A stretch of DNA of 63,980 nt, the filler included, from Intoshia linei (taxonomy: Eukaryota > Animalia > Orthonectida), in assembly GCA_001642005.1 (NCBI GenBank). It is 5 parts of 5 records of this genome, joined end to end, with 100 filler letters (N's around TTAATTAATTAA, not from the genome) between each part and the next. Parts side by side here need not be neighbours in the genome. Positions count along the whole stretch, not along the records: positions 49,608 to 59,243 come from LWCA01001346.1; positions 59,344 to 61,872 come from LWCA01002294.1; positions 61,973 to 63,980 come from LWCA01002438.1; 2 more parts are not named here. One strand, written 5' to 3'. Of the stretch, positions 49,942-62,102 are shown one piece after another. The notes under the pieces are model-generated. The model did no database searches and was not told where the DNA came from. It worked only from the letters and a program-made list of their open reading frames with translations. The translations under genes were made by a program, and so were the position numbers. Each line of letters starts with the position of its first letter. The first letter of the stretch is position 1.

Positions 49942-52506
49942 CTTTAGTATTGACAGTAACACAATTTTGTTGAGATCTAGCATCCCAAATTCGAAGTGTT
50001 TTATCAACTGAAGCCGAAGCAAACAAATTAGGATTTGTTGGATGCCACACTAATTGATCTACACTTCCAAAATGACCACGATAAATTTGTTTATGCTCCT
50101 TAAAACTAATATAAAAAATAAAATAAAAAACAAAGGTCGGCAAATTACGAAACTGCATTTTAAACTTTTTATAGTTACAACCATTTTATAATCAAAAGCG
50201 CTTATAAAAATGAAATAATTTGGACAAACATTAAACCAGTGTTTTCTGACGGTTGGGTTAAATCTCAGTCGTGGGGCCTGATAAATTTCTCGAATTTATT
50301 GGAATTGTTAAAACTTTCGATTAATTCAACGTTAATTTTGTACAAATAGCAGCTAACTCTGCCTAGGGCAGACTTTGTTTATTTTAAGACCAAATTAATA
50401 AATAAATTCTAAGTTTTTGAGGTTATGATTTATAATAATGCTCATGATTTTATAAACTATCTAGAATTTATGTTTTATAAAATTATTTCATTACAATACA
50501 AAATATGAAATAATTAATTTTGTAGATTTTTTTAAAAAACAAAATTTCCAATAGTGTTTAGATAATGGTGTAAGTTTCACTTTTCATAAATGGAGTCATA
50601 CATTTAGGGTCAAAACCCTATTCCCTTTTTTTGAAAATAAAATCAACCCTATAATTTTTAAAGACACAAATTATGAAACTCATTTTAAAGTTTTTAATAT
50701 TGTCCTAAATCTCAGCTTCAGAAAGGTACACCTTAAAGATCAAAATCCAAAATTACTCTTTTTTTATTAAAAAATGAGAAAAGTCCAACAATTTTATAAA
50801 ACATAAATTTTAGGATAGTTAATATTATCATAAACATTATCATAAATTACAACCTCAAAAAAGATCATTTTGACGATAAAAACCAGATTTAGTCTAGAAT
50901 CTAGTTTATCTATATAGCAATTTCATCCTCACAAGTCTACGCATTCCCAGTATAAAATATCTTTTAATATATTATGTACCGATATTTTTCAATTTTTTGA
51001 ATTAAAATTTAAAATATTCATCTACAATTTTAAAAAAAGTAGAAATTGCCCGTATACATATTTGAAATACAAAAATATGTGTTTCAATCTCATAAATGTA
51101 TTCCTTCTGTTTTTTTATCATTGCTACACAATTTCCAATTTTTAAAAACTATCATTTAACTTAAATTTTAAATTAAAGTGTCAAAAAAAATACGTACTAT
51201 CAATTTTAGTTTATTTGGTGACAAATGTAAAGCCAAAACTACTTATCTATGATGACGAATAAAAATTTACAGCTCAAAAATTATTCCATATAAACTAAAA
51301 GTGATAGAACGTATTTTTTTGGACGCTTTAATTTAAAACTTTAATCAAATGAAGTACAATTTTGTTATTATAATTTTGAGATTTATTTCAATTTTTGTTC
51401 AATTGCTTCAAGTTGATTTTTTTTTGCTGCGTTCCTACGTCGGTTGATACTACAGCTCGTGGATTTTTTCTGCTTAAAATTCCACGATTTTTGGCTTTCC
51501 TTTTTGTATTAAAAGTCGACCGTTGCCAAACAAGTTGTCCGCCGATAAAGATATATACAACACTTGGTTTTCCCAGGTGGTCACCCATTCAAGTACTAAC
51601 CAAGCCCAAAGATGCTTAACTTCTGTGATCAGATGAAAACAGGTGTTTCCATCTTGGTATGGCCGTATAAATTTGATTGCCGACCCCATATAATACATAT
51701 ACATGAAGTGTTTCACTGTATCAAACAATGTAAAACTTGGATAAAAGAAAATTTATCCTTTACTTATATAAAAATAAATGTTTGTGTGTGTGTTGATTGA
51801 CAGCCGCATAATTTAAAAAAATCCAATTTATAATTTTCTATTTTTCAGTTTCAGAATTTGAGTCCTTCAGGGTGAAAAACCCAATTTTCCCTTTTGTTTA
51901 AAAAAATCATCCCAAAAATGTAATAAAACACATTCTGGAACGAGTATTAAAATCATTAACATTGTTGTTAAACGCATACCTTCATGGTCAAAACCACAAA
52001 TTACCCTTTGTTTTAAAAATCATAAACATTATCGTAAATGGATACCTCAAAATAAATAATTTACACGATCAAAACCCCACATTAAACTAGGATTCTACAT
52101 TTTGTACCCTTAAATTCAGTTTCCAATCATTTATTGAGATTTTTATAGATTTTTTTAACGGAAAATACTAATAATTCAACCATCATTAAATCCCATAAAA
52201 AATAATTTAAATTAAATTGAAAAAACAGTACAACCAAAAAACCTTAAAGCCATAAAAGAAACCAGATTCATATAAATCACACAAAAAAAATTACAATATT
52301 CTATAAAATACTCATTGCATTATTGAAAAAATTACCAATCCCTCCTTATCGAAATTAAATAGTGAAATATTTTTATCATAAGATCCGGTAGCCAACATTT
52401 GGCCTTTACAATTCCATGCTAAAGAGTGTACTTTATTGGAATGAGCAGAAATTGATTTGGTGTGATTGAATTTTTTGAAATAATTTACAGACTGATTAAA
52501 ATTCAT
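49942..52506 (-). CDS. THOC3: THO complex subunit 3 (TEX1), first two exons only
   Basis: AHSNKVHSLAWNCKGQMLATGSYDK (52506-52336) and YRGHFGSVDQLVWHPTNPNLFASASVDKTLRIWDAR..VNTKG (~50100-49942); the remainder was not found. Confidence 0.92.
51551..51670 (-). rRNA. 5S rRNA: 5S rRNA gene (single copy in THOC3 intron 1)
   Basis: About 120 nt: TACGGCCATACC..GATC..GAAGTTAAGC..GGTTAGTACTTGAATGGGTGACCACCTGGGAA..GTTGTA. Helices pair (TATACGGC/GTTGTATA, AAGATG/CATCTT, CTGT/ACAG, CTTGGTT/AACCAAG). Confidence 0.92.
51756..52090 (+). mobile_element. Helitron 5' end fragment
   Basis: A|TCCTTTACTTATATAAAA followed by a TG microsatellite and family body sequence; the same TCCTTTAC start occurs on the minus strand at 57234. 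Confidence 0.65.
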
Positions 52507-52634
52507 TTTAATTCTTTATATAGAAATGTGATAATTTAAAAATCCAATTGAAAAAAACGTCAATTAATATCAAGTGTACTTTTCATGTAATCCAAGGTGA
52601 CCATTGATGAAAGTATATAATTAAATTAAAGAGA

Positions 52635-55600
52635 ATGAGTAGTGTAACTAAAGCAAAGAATCCCACACAAATTTATGTAGTGAATAAATTTTACCAATTA
52701 TTAAAAGAACGATTGAATGGTATAAAAAAAGTTAATCAGACTGATTTTGATACAATAGTAACATTAAAATGTATTCCAGTACGCAAAACTGAATTACACG
52801 AATGGTTGCAACGTAATGGTAGTAAAATCTTGAGACTGCCAAATTTTATAAATTCATTTGATAGTAAAATAATTACACAAGATTTATTTTTGTCTCATTT
52901 GGAAAGAAATGGAAAAAAGTTCAATGAAATAAAGACTATATTGGAAAGTATTGATGATTTGAAAGATTCAAATATGAAAGATGAACACAATTCTCATCTA
53001 GATAATGCCAGTTTAGGTGACATTGGTCGAGATGAAATTTCAAAATTGAACCAAAAAAATTCCAATAAATATAAAGATTTGATCAATCAAACAAAATCTC
53101 TAAATAAGCGTTGTACCGATAGTTATTTATTTAAAGGAATGGGATTGAATGAAACGGATAATTCAAAAAAGATGAAAATCAATGGAAATCAAGACAATGT
53201 ATTACAAAATTCAGACGATTCGTCTATTGAGACTGAGATGCAAAGTGCATCCAAAAATGAGTATGATTGTTTTGTTGAGCAGTATTTAGATTACAAGTTT
53301 TTTGTTTTAGATGGTCATTTTGAGTTGTATCAAAATTATCCAGACGCGTGGAATTTAACTCCATTTACAAAGAAACATACGAATAAACTTTTACGACCTA
53401 ATACTCCAAATACTCGTCATCTTACATTACATTCTGTTTTCATTGATTCAAATTTAAATGAACCGCATTTGTATATTAATGTTCTTCTAGGATATTTCAA
53501 TTTATCGTATAAAAATATTCTAAGTATTGTTCTTGATGGACGGTGTAAATCACCTGTTGCTTACACTAGAGTTGGAGATATCCTTCATGTTAATTTATCA
53601 CAAGAACAAATGAAGTATTCAGAAATGATAGGTATTTACTTTTACATAATTAAACCAGCTATATTATTATTATAATGACTAACAAATTTACTCATGACTC
53701 ATTATTACGGACTATACAAAATTAATTAAAAATCTTAAATAATGAATCGAGAATTGAAGTGTTGTGTATGTATCTTGTAATGTAAAATTTAGGTAAAATA
53801 CTGAATGATCGGATTCCAGGTATACAATCTGTTGTTGCTAAATGTGATAGTATTACGAATAAGTTTCGAACATCTAATCTAATCCCGATATCTGGAGTTG
53901 CCGATTTAATTACAGTTATCAATACTTATGGTATAAAGATGGCTTTGAATTATAGAACTGTATTTTACAATTCTAGATTAGGTTATTTTTATTATTAAAC
54001 ATTTTCACGGAATTTTAAAATTTAAAAAAATGGTTTCAATTAAATTTATTCTACAAGTGTTACAAACTACTAATTACATTTACCCACTTTTTAAACTTTG
54101 TTGAAAAAATTTCCCTAATGTTTAGAAATTTTATAATAAAAATTATTTTACCAGTTTTGAAATATTTTAAATAAAAATTAAAGCTAAATCCTGCATTTTA
54201 TAATATTTGAAATAAAAATTAAGGCTAAATCCTGAATTTTATAATTATCTAAAAAAAACCACAAAAGTCATTATTAAAGTCCATAAAAATTTATTTTTAG
54301 AAATTTATATATTTTTTTCCAGTTTTGAAATTTTTTAATAAAAATTCCTCTACAGTCCATAAAAGTTTATTTTAGAAATTTCTATATTTTTTCCCAGTTT
54401 GTAAATATTTTCAATAAAATTTAAGGCTTAATTTATTCTTACTTTTTAGAAATTTTTATGTTTTTCCAATTTTGGAATTTTTATAAAAAAATTGCCCTAA
54501 TTCTACCTATTTTTAAATATTTTCTATAATTCTTGTAAAGTTGATAAAAGTTTATTTTTTCAATTTCTATATTTTTTACCAATTTTGAAATTTTTTTAAT
54601 TAAAATTTTCTATAAAAATTCCCCCAAGTCAATAGTCCATAAAATGTTATGTTTAGAAATTTCTATAGATTACCCAATTTTTATTTAAGTCTTTAGTAAC
54701 ACCAGTTTATATAGTTTGACATTGGATTCGTTTTACAATATTCTTGTTGCAACACTTTCATGAATATCAATTGTGTAATCTTAATAATATTATTGCATGT
54801 AACATTTAGCTGGAGAACACTATCGACTGGCTGAAGTTTTTGATGCATCAGATGTTGTTTACGATCTATTTGCGGGCATAGGTCCATTCGTAATGCATAT
54901 AGCAAAATTTAATAAATGTAATGAAATTTATGCCAACGAGTTAAATGAAGGTAATATATTAAGTCAGTGCTGAACCCAACTGTAATGCTGAACCTAGCGT
55001 ACCAGAAACCCCTCTTCAGGGTGGGGGCTTTACGAAATTTTTTTAAATGATGGCTTTATTTTTCTAAATTGAGCATTAAAAAAATTGAAAGTAAATAAGT
55101 GAATATTTTGTATGTTAAATTTAAAATATAAAGCCAAGATCATTAAAGACGTCGTTATGGGTATTTGACACTGTGTACAGTAAGGTATCCACTTTTTTTA
55201 TAAGAAAAACCCATTTTGCATGTGGACGCCTTTTTTGGTTTTAAGCATTTATCACCCCAAAAAAAATGAAATCGGTTATCATTTACTTACCTCAAATGTA
55301 ATTATTGCAATTCATACAAACATGTTAGGATAAATTTAAAATATAACTTTATTTTATGTATATTTAGCTTTAATTTTGTTTCTATTGATAATTATGTTGG
55401 TAATTCCATCGATATGTTTATCATCCTTTGTGAACAATTTTTTTTTTAAATTCAGTTCTAGCTCATTTATTTTGGAATATAAAGATGTTTGAATTCCTTA
55501 TAATTAACCCCAAAAACTATACATAAAATTTATTATAAACGTTATTAATGTTTAAAGAATCAACTGATAATATGTGACTGGCTATTCCCAGGATGTGGAT

Positions 55601-56207
55601 TAAACCACCATGAAAACTGAGGAGAATTGGAAATAACAATAATCATAATTTGATTTATTTAGAAGCTTATAAATACCTTAAAATGAATTGCGACAAGGCT
55701 AAAAAATTGTTTATAGGTGATTTGAGATATTTTAATCTTGACGCTCAACATTTCATTCCTAACATAATATTTGAAATATACAAAACTGCTACTGAATTTA
55801 AAATTTGTCCAAAGAAATTACGATTTAATTTCATAATGAATTTACCTGAAACATCTGTCAACTTTTTGTATTTTTTCAAAAATACTATTCCATTGAACCC
55901 AAATGATTTTGTGCATGATTTACATTTTCGTATGTTTATGTACTTTTTTCATGTAAAAACTGATATTGAGGGAAAAGTACACAAAAATGATGAAATTAAA
56001 ACGAGTATATTTGAAAAAATTTGCGATTCATTATACAAAAATAAACGAGATTATGTAGTTGAAATTTTGAATGTCATTCAAGAAACATTAAATGTTCGTC
56101 TTATTAGAGGCGTGGCACCGGCCAAAGACATGTATTTGGCTGAATTTAAATTATCTGCATTATACTGTATTGGCAAAAAAGATGACAATATTAAATTTCT
56201 TGATTAG
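52635..56207 (+). CDS. TRMT5: tRNA (guanine-N1)-37 methyltransferase Trm5
   Basis: YTRVGDILHVNL, PGIQSVVAK...NKFR, VFYNSRLAGEH, DVVYDLFAGIGPF (SAM-binding), YANELNE, FIMNLP and RGVAPAKDMY. Exons 52635-53631, 53793-53981, 54810-54950 and 55663-56207. Confidence 0.93.
54050..54690. repeat. Degenerate minisatellite (~70-80 bp unit) in a TRMT5 intron
   Basis: Recurring TTTAGAAATTT(C)TATATTTTTT..CCAGTTTTGAAA..TTTTAATAAAA and GTCCATAAAA units. Confidence 0.75.
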
Positions 56208-56494
56208 CTTTAAGTAAGCATTGTAATATTTACCGATAAATAATTTTAATTTTTGTATATTTAATAAATGCTTTATAAATTCTCACTTTTATCTACAATT
56301 TTTTCTTTTTTCCTCTTTCATTATGTCATAATTATTTTTGCTCATGTAGTTTTCGTGAGAATTTTTGTTCACTATTTACATTCAAGTAATAAAATGGGCA
56401 AGTTTTGTAAATGAATTAACATGATGGTTTGGATAATATTTTCCTTGAAATAAGCCTTCATTTTAAGTATTGTATTTTTTATTTAATAATTTCA

Positions 56495-58486
56495 ATGATT
56501 TATTTTTACGTAGTGTTGTTCTCGTTGTTCAAGTTTACATTTCAAAATTGTTTTAAATATAAAGATACAATGACGCCTAATGTGGTTACATTACTGAATA
56601 ATTCATTGTGTCTAAACATAAAATATGATAATTATATGAAACCCATTTCACAGGACAGCTGTGATTGCGAAAATGTATCAACTTTTTTGATAATATTTGG
56701 TATTTCATTGATTTATATTCAATCAAATATAATTAGATACGAGTTATAGTATGATGAATGGTGAGATTTTAATTGATACATACATTAGGGGTGTTCCAAA
56801 ATTTTATAAATTAAGTCCACGTTCAAATACATTTAGTATTCGTGTCAGTTTATTCTAGGAGTTAAAATGTTAAAAGTTTTTGGAAATTTTCTGAGGCTGA
56901 AATTTACGACAACGACTTTAAAACGCGTCCCAGAATTATTGTTTTTAAATTTTAAAAAAAGCTTACAAGATTATGCTTTAAGTGTTACAAATTACTAATT
57001 AAATTTAATCACCTTTTTTGATTTCATTAATGTTTTATTTACAATTGTTATTGTTAACAAAAAAAATGGCAAATTTGGGTTTTCATCCTGAAGGACCCTA
57101 TTTCGGAAAATTAAATTAACGATACCGTATAATTCTCGAAAAAATTTATTAAAAATTGGAGTTATTTTAATTGCAGGACTTTAATTTTTTTAAATAAACG
57201 GTAACACAGACACAGTCATTCTATAGGTAAAGGATATAAATTTTACTTTTCTACTACCTCTTTTTATTGCTACATTTCTATTTTATGTATTTCTAGTTTT
57301 TTCGTATATTTTTTTAATATCTGAATAGTGGAATCATTTTGGGGACTTTTTAACATTTTATCTAATAGACAACTATTTCCTCGTGTTTGTTCAAAAAATC
57401 GTAAATCAAAAGATTGTATTTATTTTGAATTACATAATTTATTAACTAGTTATAGTTACTGTAATAATTATTAATATGATAATTATTTATTTAATTAAGC
57501 TAAAATACAATTAACATTTACATTTACAATTAATATTTACATTATTTAAAGATTCTTGAGTTATTGAGTGATAATTAGTATCTCTATAACTTTAGCAAAA
57601 TGGTATGTATAGAGATACTACTCTATAGATATATATAAAAAATATACAGTTACCTTAACTAGTTGATTTAATTTAGATTACAGACCCAAGTTACAAATGA
57701 AATATGAAGATACCATATACTTATAAACCATATTACAAAAAAATTAGAAATATTATATGGTGTTCACACCGGAGAATATGTTTTTATCCAATTAAATTTA
57801 GTATATTTAGTTTAGTTACGAAGTTTATTTATACGATTTAAACAAAAAACACAAAAAAATTATTTAATTTAGTACACCAAAAATTTTTAATTTAGTCAAT
57901 TTTCAAAATATTGTCATTTTTGAGACGACTTTTAGAGCAAAAGTAGGTCATCTTTTTTGATTTCAAAAATTTTCAAAAGCATATTCATAACATACTACTC
58001 ATCTTTCCCATGGGCTAATTTCTGTTTACTTAAAAATAGCGCGTTTGGATACAAGTTATTATATTAATGTATAGGATTGGTTGCTCCAGATGTAAATAAT
58101 TGCTTCATATCAGTTTGCACGGTTGTAATGACAGCTAAATTTGCGGTTGGCTTAATAAATGTTTTATTATATCATTATAAATCTAATATTAACATTAAAT
58201 TGGGATTCTTTGATGATACTTATGGGATTTACAACGCTAAAGATACAAATGATTTTGAAGTGTTACAGCAACTAATTTCAACAAATTACACCAATCGACG
58301 TAGTTACACAGAATTATTAGTAATATTCACATTAAAATAAATAATATTTATGTTTAGCCCATGTTTACAGTTGTTGATGAAAATTTTATTACAGATTCAA
58401 AGAAAAAACAATTTGCGATAATTGTGACAGATAGTGAATATGGCTATAAACAAACATCAGCGTTACTACTTTTTGATAATACATAA
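56495..58486 (+). CDS. Secreted von Willebrand factor A (vWA) domain protein, truncated or pseudogenised at the 3' end
   Basis: Hydrophobic N-terminus; splicing yields CDCENVSTFLIIFD-TSYSM (MIDAS DxSxS), then TAKFAVGL..IKLGFF..YT and KQFAIIVTDSE. TAA at 58484 and a further TGA interrupt continued coding-like sequence. Confidence 0.65.
56780..57234 (-). mobile_element. Helitron-family fragment with 5' end, in a vWA gene intron
   Basis: Minus strand starts A|TCCTTTACCTATAG..TGTGTCTGTGTTACCGTTT, as in other copies. Confidence 0.6.
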
Positions 58487-58733
58487 TTTGACACGATCTA
58501 TAATTTGAAATGATTCATTTCTGGCTGGGCGAACATAGATTTGGGTAAGGGTACAAATAAACATGAGTGCATGGTTAAAAACAGTAATATAGGTAATTCA
58601 ATTCATTATTTACGGTACCATTTTTTATGGGAGGTTTAATGGGATTGTCAGCCTGTGACTGTGAAGCTTTCGAAATAAAATAAAAATTTTAAATGTATAC
58701 TTTTTATTTTTATTTAAATATATTATATTTAAA

Positions 58734-59242
58734 CTAGGTTGACTGTTATGTACTACGTACAAACAGGACCTAGCTCTGACGAGGGAACATTTTTATTATA
58801 CTTATAAAATAAATTCACGTTGAAAATCTAATTTAAAAATCCTACTATTCACTATTATCAATCCTTTAAAGGAGTGGTTCCCAAATTTGTTTCAGGTGGA
58901 ACCATCATATCACATTACTTTTTTACTTTAAAGTTAATTATTATATCTTAATTTTTTGTTTTTTAACATTTGTGTAAAGAATTATTAAAAAAAAATTGTT
59001 ATCCTATTTTTTTAATTTATTAGACAGAATCCGATTTGAATCGAAATATTTGAAAAATATTGGTTGATAATATATTAAAAATTATTTTTTATCGGGAATG
59101 CGTAGATTTCTTTAGTTTAACTTTTGTATTTATATCTATTGGACTAAGTTCTATCAGAATAATTTTTTTTTTTTTAATTTTCAGACGGCTAATTATTTCA
59201 CATTTTTTGTTTTAATAAAATATTTAGGAAAAAAAATATATG
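58734..59242 (-). mobile_element. Helitron 3' half running into a gap
   Basis: CTAG end plus hairpin; matches 7883-8165 and then ~8505-8705. Confidence 0.85.
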
Positions 59243-59343
59243 ANNNNNNNNNNNNNNNNNNNNNNNNNNNNNNNNNNNNNNNNNNNNTTAATTAATTAAN
59301 NNNNNNNNNNNNNNNNNNNNNNNNNNNNNNNNNNNNNNNNNNN

Positions 59344-59530
59344 CGACATATCATGAATACGCCTCTGGACACTGCTATTCGACAATGGAATACATTCTAG
59401 TTTTTTAGAGAATTCTTTTCCTAGCATAATTTCAACCATACTGAGGGCACAAGGTTTGATCAAATTTTCTCCAATAGTATGAGGTTTTTTCTGTCTGGCG
59501 ATCTCCAGTGAGACGACGTACGAAGCATTC
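59344..59530 (-). mobile_element. hAT (Buster/Charlie; ZBED5/SCAND3-like) transposase fragment
   Basis: ASYVVSLEIARQKKPHTIGENLIKPC..MLG....L..IPLSNSSVQRRIHDMS. Confidence 0.9.
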
Positions 59531-59532
59531 AA

Positions 59533-60723
59533 TCTTCATTTTATTCAAATCAGTTTTCAAACAACCATTTTCAAACACTACCTGTTCCATGCTATCAGTA
59601 AAAAATTGATGAAATTTTGCAGTTACACTTTTATAAGTGTTTAAACATTTTTGATAGCGTAGTTGTCTCTTTTTAAATAATACTTTATAGTCATCACATT
59701 TATTATAATTTTGTTCGTCCAAATTTAATAAATTTTTATCAGATATTAAATCCTTTAAATTTTCCATCAAGTTAGAATAGGCTTCATAGTAGGTGTCAAT
59801 TTTAAAACTTTTATAACTCTTTGGTCATTTTATTGGCGCAATTGTTTCAATTTCACGACTTGACTCTGCAAATCTAAAAAAATTTAATTTTTCGTTAAAT
59901 TCAATGTTGGCTGGATTCACATACTAAGATGCGAATCTTGCACGATTGTTCAAAGTTGCTTTTAAAGAGATGAGTCAATTTGGAATTTCTGTGAAAATTT
60001 TCTCTCTTAATGACTTTATAGAAGTCTTTGAATGAGTTTGACCGGTGGAGTAAATCAAATACAGAATTGTTGTAAATTTCAAAGTAGGATACAAAAAAGG
60101 AATACTTTACGTTTCTATCTTCAATTTCTAAATAATTGTTATCGTGCTTATGTTTATTTTTCGGTGTTTCTGCTCGTTTTTTACATGATCCATAATTCCT
60201 TTGTTTTTCTGATAAAACCTGATCGTCGTCGAGAATTAAATAACCATTCATTTTATCGGGTTTTAATCAATATTTTTTATTCATTTCACTAGGGTTTATA
60301 GAATTGAATATAACTTTCAGAGATCGAACAATTATACCAGAATTCTTTTTTGACTCAAGCATACTGAGTTTTTCCAGATCCAGTTACGCCGTATGAAAAT
60401 AATAATGCATTTTCACCGTTCAAAGCAGATTTAATCAAGTCTAAAGAAATTTCATCGAAAATTGTTTGTTGTTGGGTAGATTTATCAAAAATATTTGTAA
60501 ATTTGTAGTGCATTGATTTTCCAACATTGGATTTTTTAAACAAAGATGAATGTGGAGGGTGTGTTTCAATTTTTTCATTATTCAGAATTTTTATACAGTT
60601 GCTTTCCAAGTCAGTCGGTCTAATTCGACAATAGACTTTAATTAACCTATCATTTGAATAATTTGTAGGTGGTTTTCTTGTGTTATAAGGTGTTTTAGAA
60701 GGTATTGGTTTCATTGCAGACAT
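59533..60723 (-). pseudogene. KIF23: Kinesin-6 (KIF23/MKLP1/Pavarotti-like) pseudogene
   Basis: IKVYCRIRP, NALLFSYGVTGSGKT, KPDKMNG, VSYFEIYNN..FDLL, RNSKLTHLFK and LRFAE. Frameshifts after GKT and at C-VNP, an in-frame TGA, and deletion of the switch I/II region. Confidence 0.85.
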
Positions 60724-62102
60724 TAGTATTTTTAATATCACGTTAATAGTTTTTTTAGAAATTTACAAATTTGAGATTTTGATAATAATTTGTTCTCAAT
60801 CAAAAATTACACTTTAATATGTATCTGTAGTGTTTTGATATTTATTAAATTAAATTATTAAATTTGTGTGTTAATTTTTAGCACATGCATATAAGTGTAG
60901 ATAATATGAATATTAGAGTCGACATTTTATTGACCTAAAAATTCGATGATGATGTTAATTTTATTGCCTTTATTCAATTGTTAGCCTGTAATTTTGCAAG
61001 AAATTTTAAATGCTAACAAGTAGTTTTTAAGTCAAAATGTTGCGTTGATAGTGGACCACTATTAGTGGTAGTTTTTTGATTTTAAATGCAATAAAATCAC
61101 GCATTTAATTTTAAATTGCATTTATGCATTTAAAATTTGCACTAACCAATTTATTTTATACATAATACAAATAATGAGTGCAATAACCCTTTACTGGTTG
61201 CACTTTTACAAAACGTAAACAGTCGCAAGAGAACAAAAATGGTAGATTTTAACGAATGACAACTTATATCTTATTGGTCAAAATAATAAACACCAAATAA
61301 ACATTTTTTAAAAATGAACGTATGTGTGCGTGTGTTACCGTTTAATTAAAAAATGAAAAGTCCTAGATTAAAAAAACCTAATTTCTAGTATAGTTTATAG
61401 ATTATAAAGTTTTATGGAAAATTTCACTTTCAGAAATTTGGTCATTTAGGGTTAAAAACAGAAATTACCCTTTTTTTAAAATAAAATGAGTCTTTTTAAT
61501 TAAATAAACATCAAATCTGAAACGCTTTTTAAAATCATTAAAAATGTCGTAAATATCAACGTCAAAAACTTACATCTTATTGATCAAAACCAGGGTTGCC
61601 ATCTGCGTTATTGACCCCTTGAGAATTGGGGTTTTCAAATTCAACTCAGGGCTCAGGGTTAAGTGATATTTCTCAGGGTAATTTAATTATTTCAATCAAA
61701 ATCATCAGATCAGACATATTTTATTTATATTCTATAATTTTTTTATAATACACATGAAACAATTTAAATTGATGAAATTCTATTTTGGCTTGTAAATTTG
61801 ATTGCTTTTTTTAAATATTAAAGTGNTGAAACAATTTAAATTGATGAAATTCTATTTTGGCTTGTAAATTTGNNNNNNNNNNNNNNNNNNNNNNNNNNNN
61901 NNNNNNNNNNNNNNNNTTAATTAATTAANNNNNNNNNNNNNNNNNNNNNNNNNNNNNNNNNNNNNNNNNNNNGCGTAAATTCAATATTATTTTATTTTTT
62001 TAGTAGTTTTTTTAAATATTCTTATGATTTTATGGCTTTAAAATTTAAATTTAATTTTAGATAATTAATAATAATAATTTTCATAATTAAATTAAATAAT
62101 AA

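Noticed and set aside
51388-51800. Cluster of four overlapping short ORFs
   Set aside because: Incidental frames over the GC-richer 5S rRNA and its flanks.
54050-54690. Periodic repeats as a CRISPR-like array (also 44190-44430, 45690-46050)
   Set aside because: Degenerate tandem units without unique spacers, no cas genes, and eukaryotic intron/MITE context.
60260-60280. In-frame TGA here and at ~16137 as a hint of TGA recoding or selenocysteine
   Set aside because: The KIF23 copy also has frameshifts and a large deletion; conserved genes use TGG for Trp and show no internal TGA.
61755-61872. Exact ~46-bp direct duplication
   Set aside because: Flanks a single N and a gap, so most likely a contig-overlap artefact.
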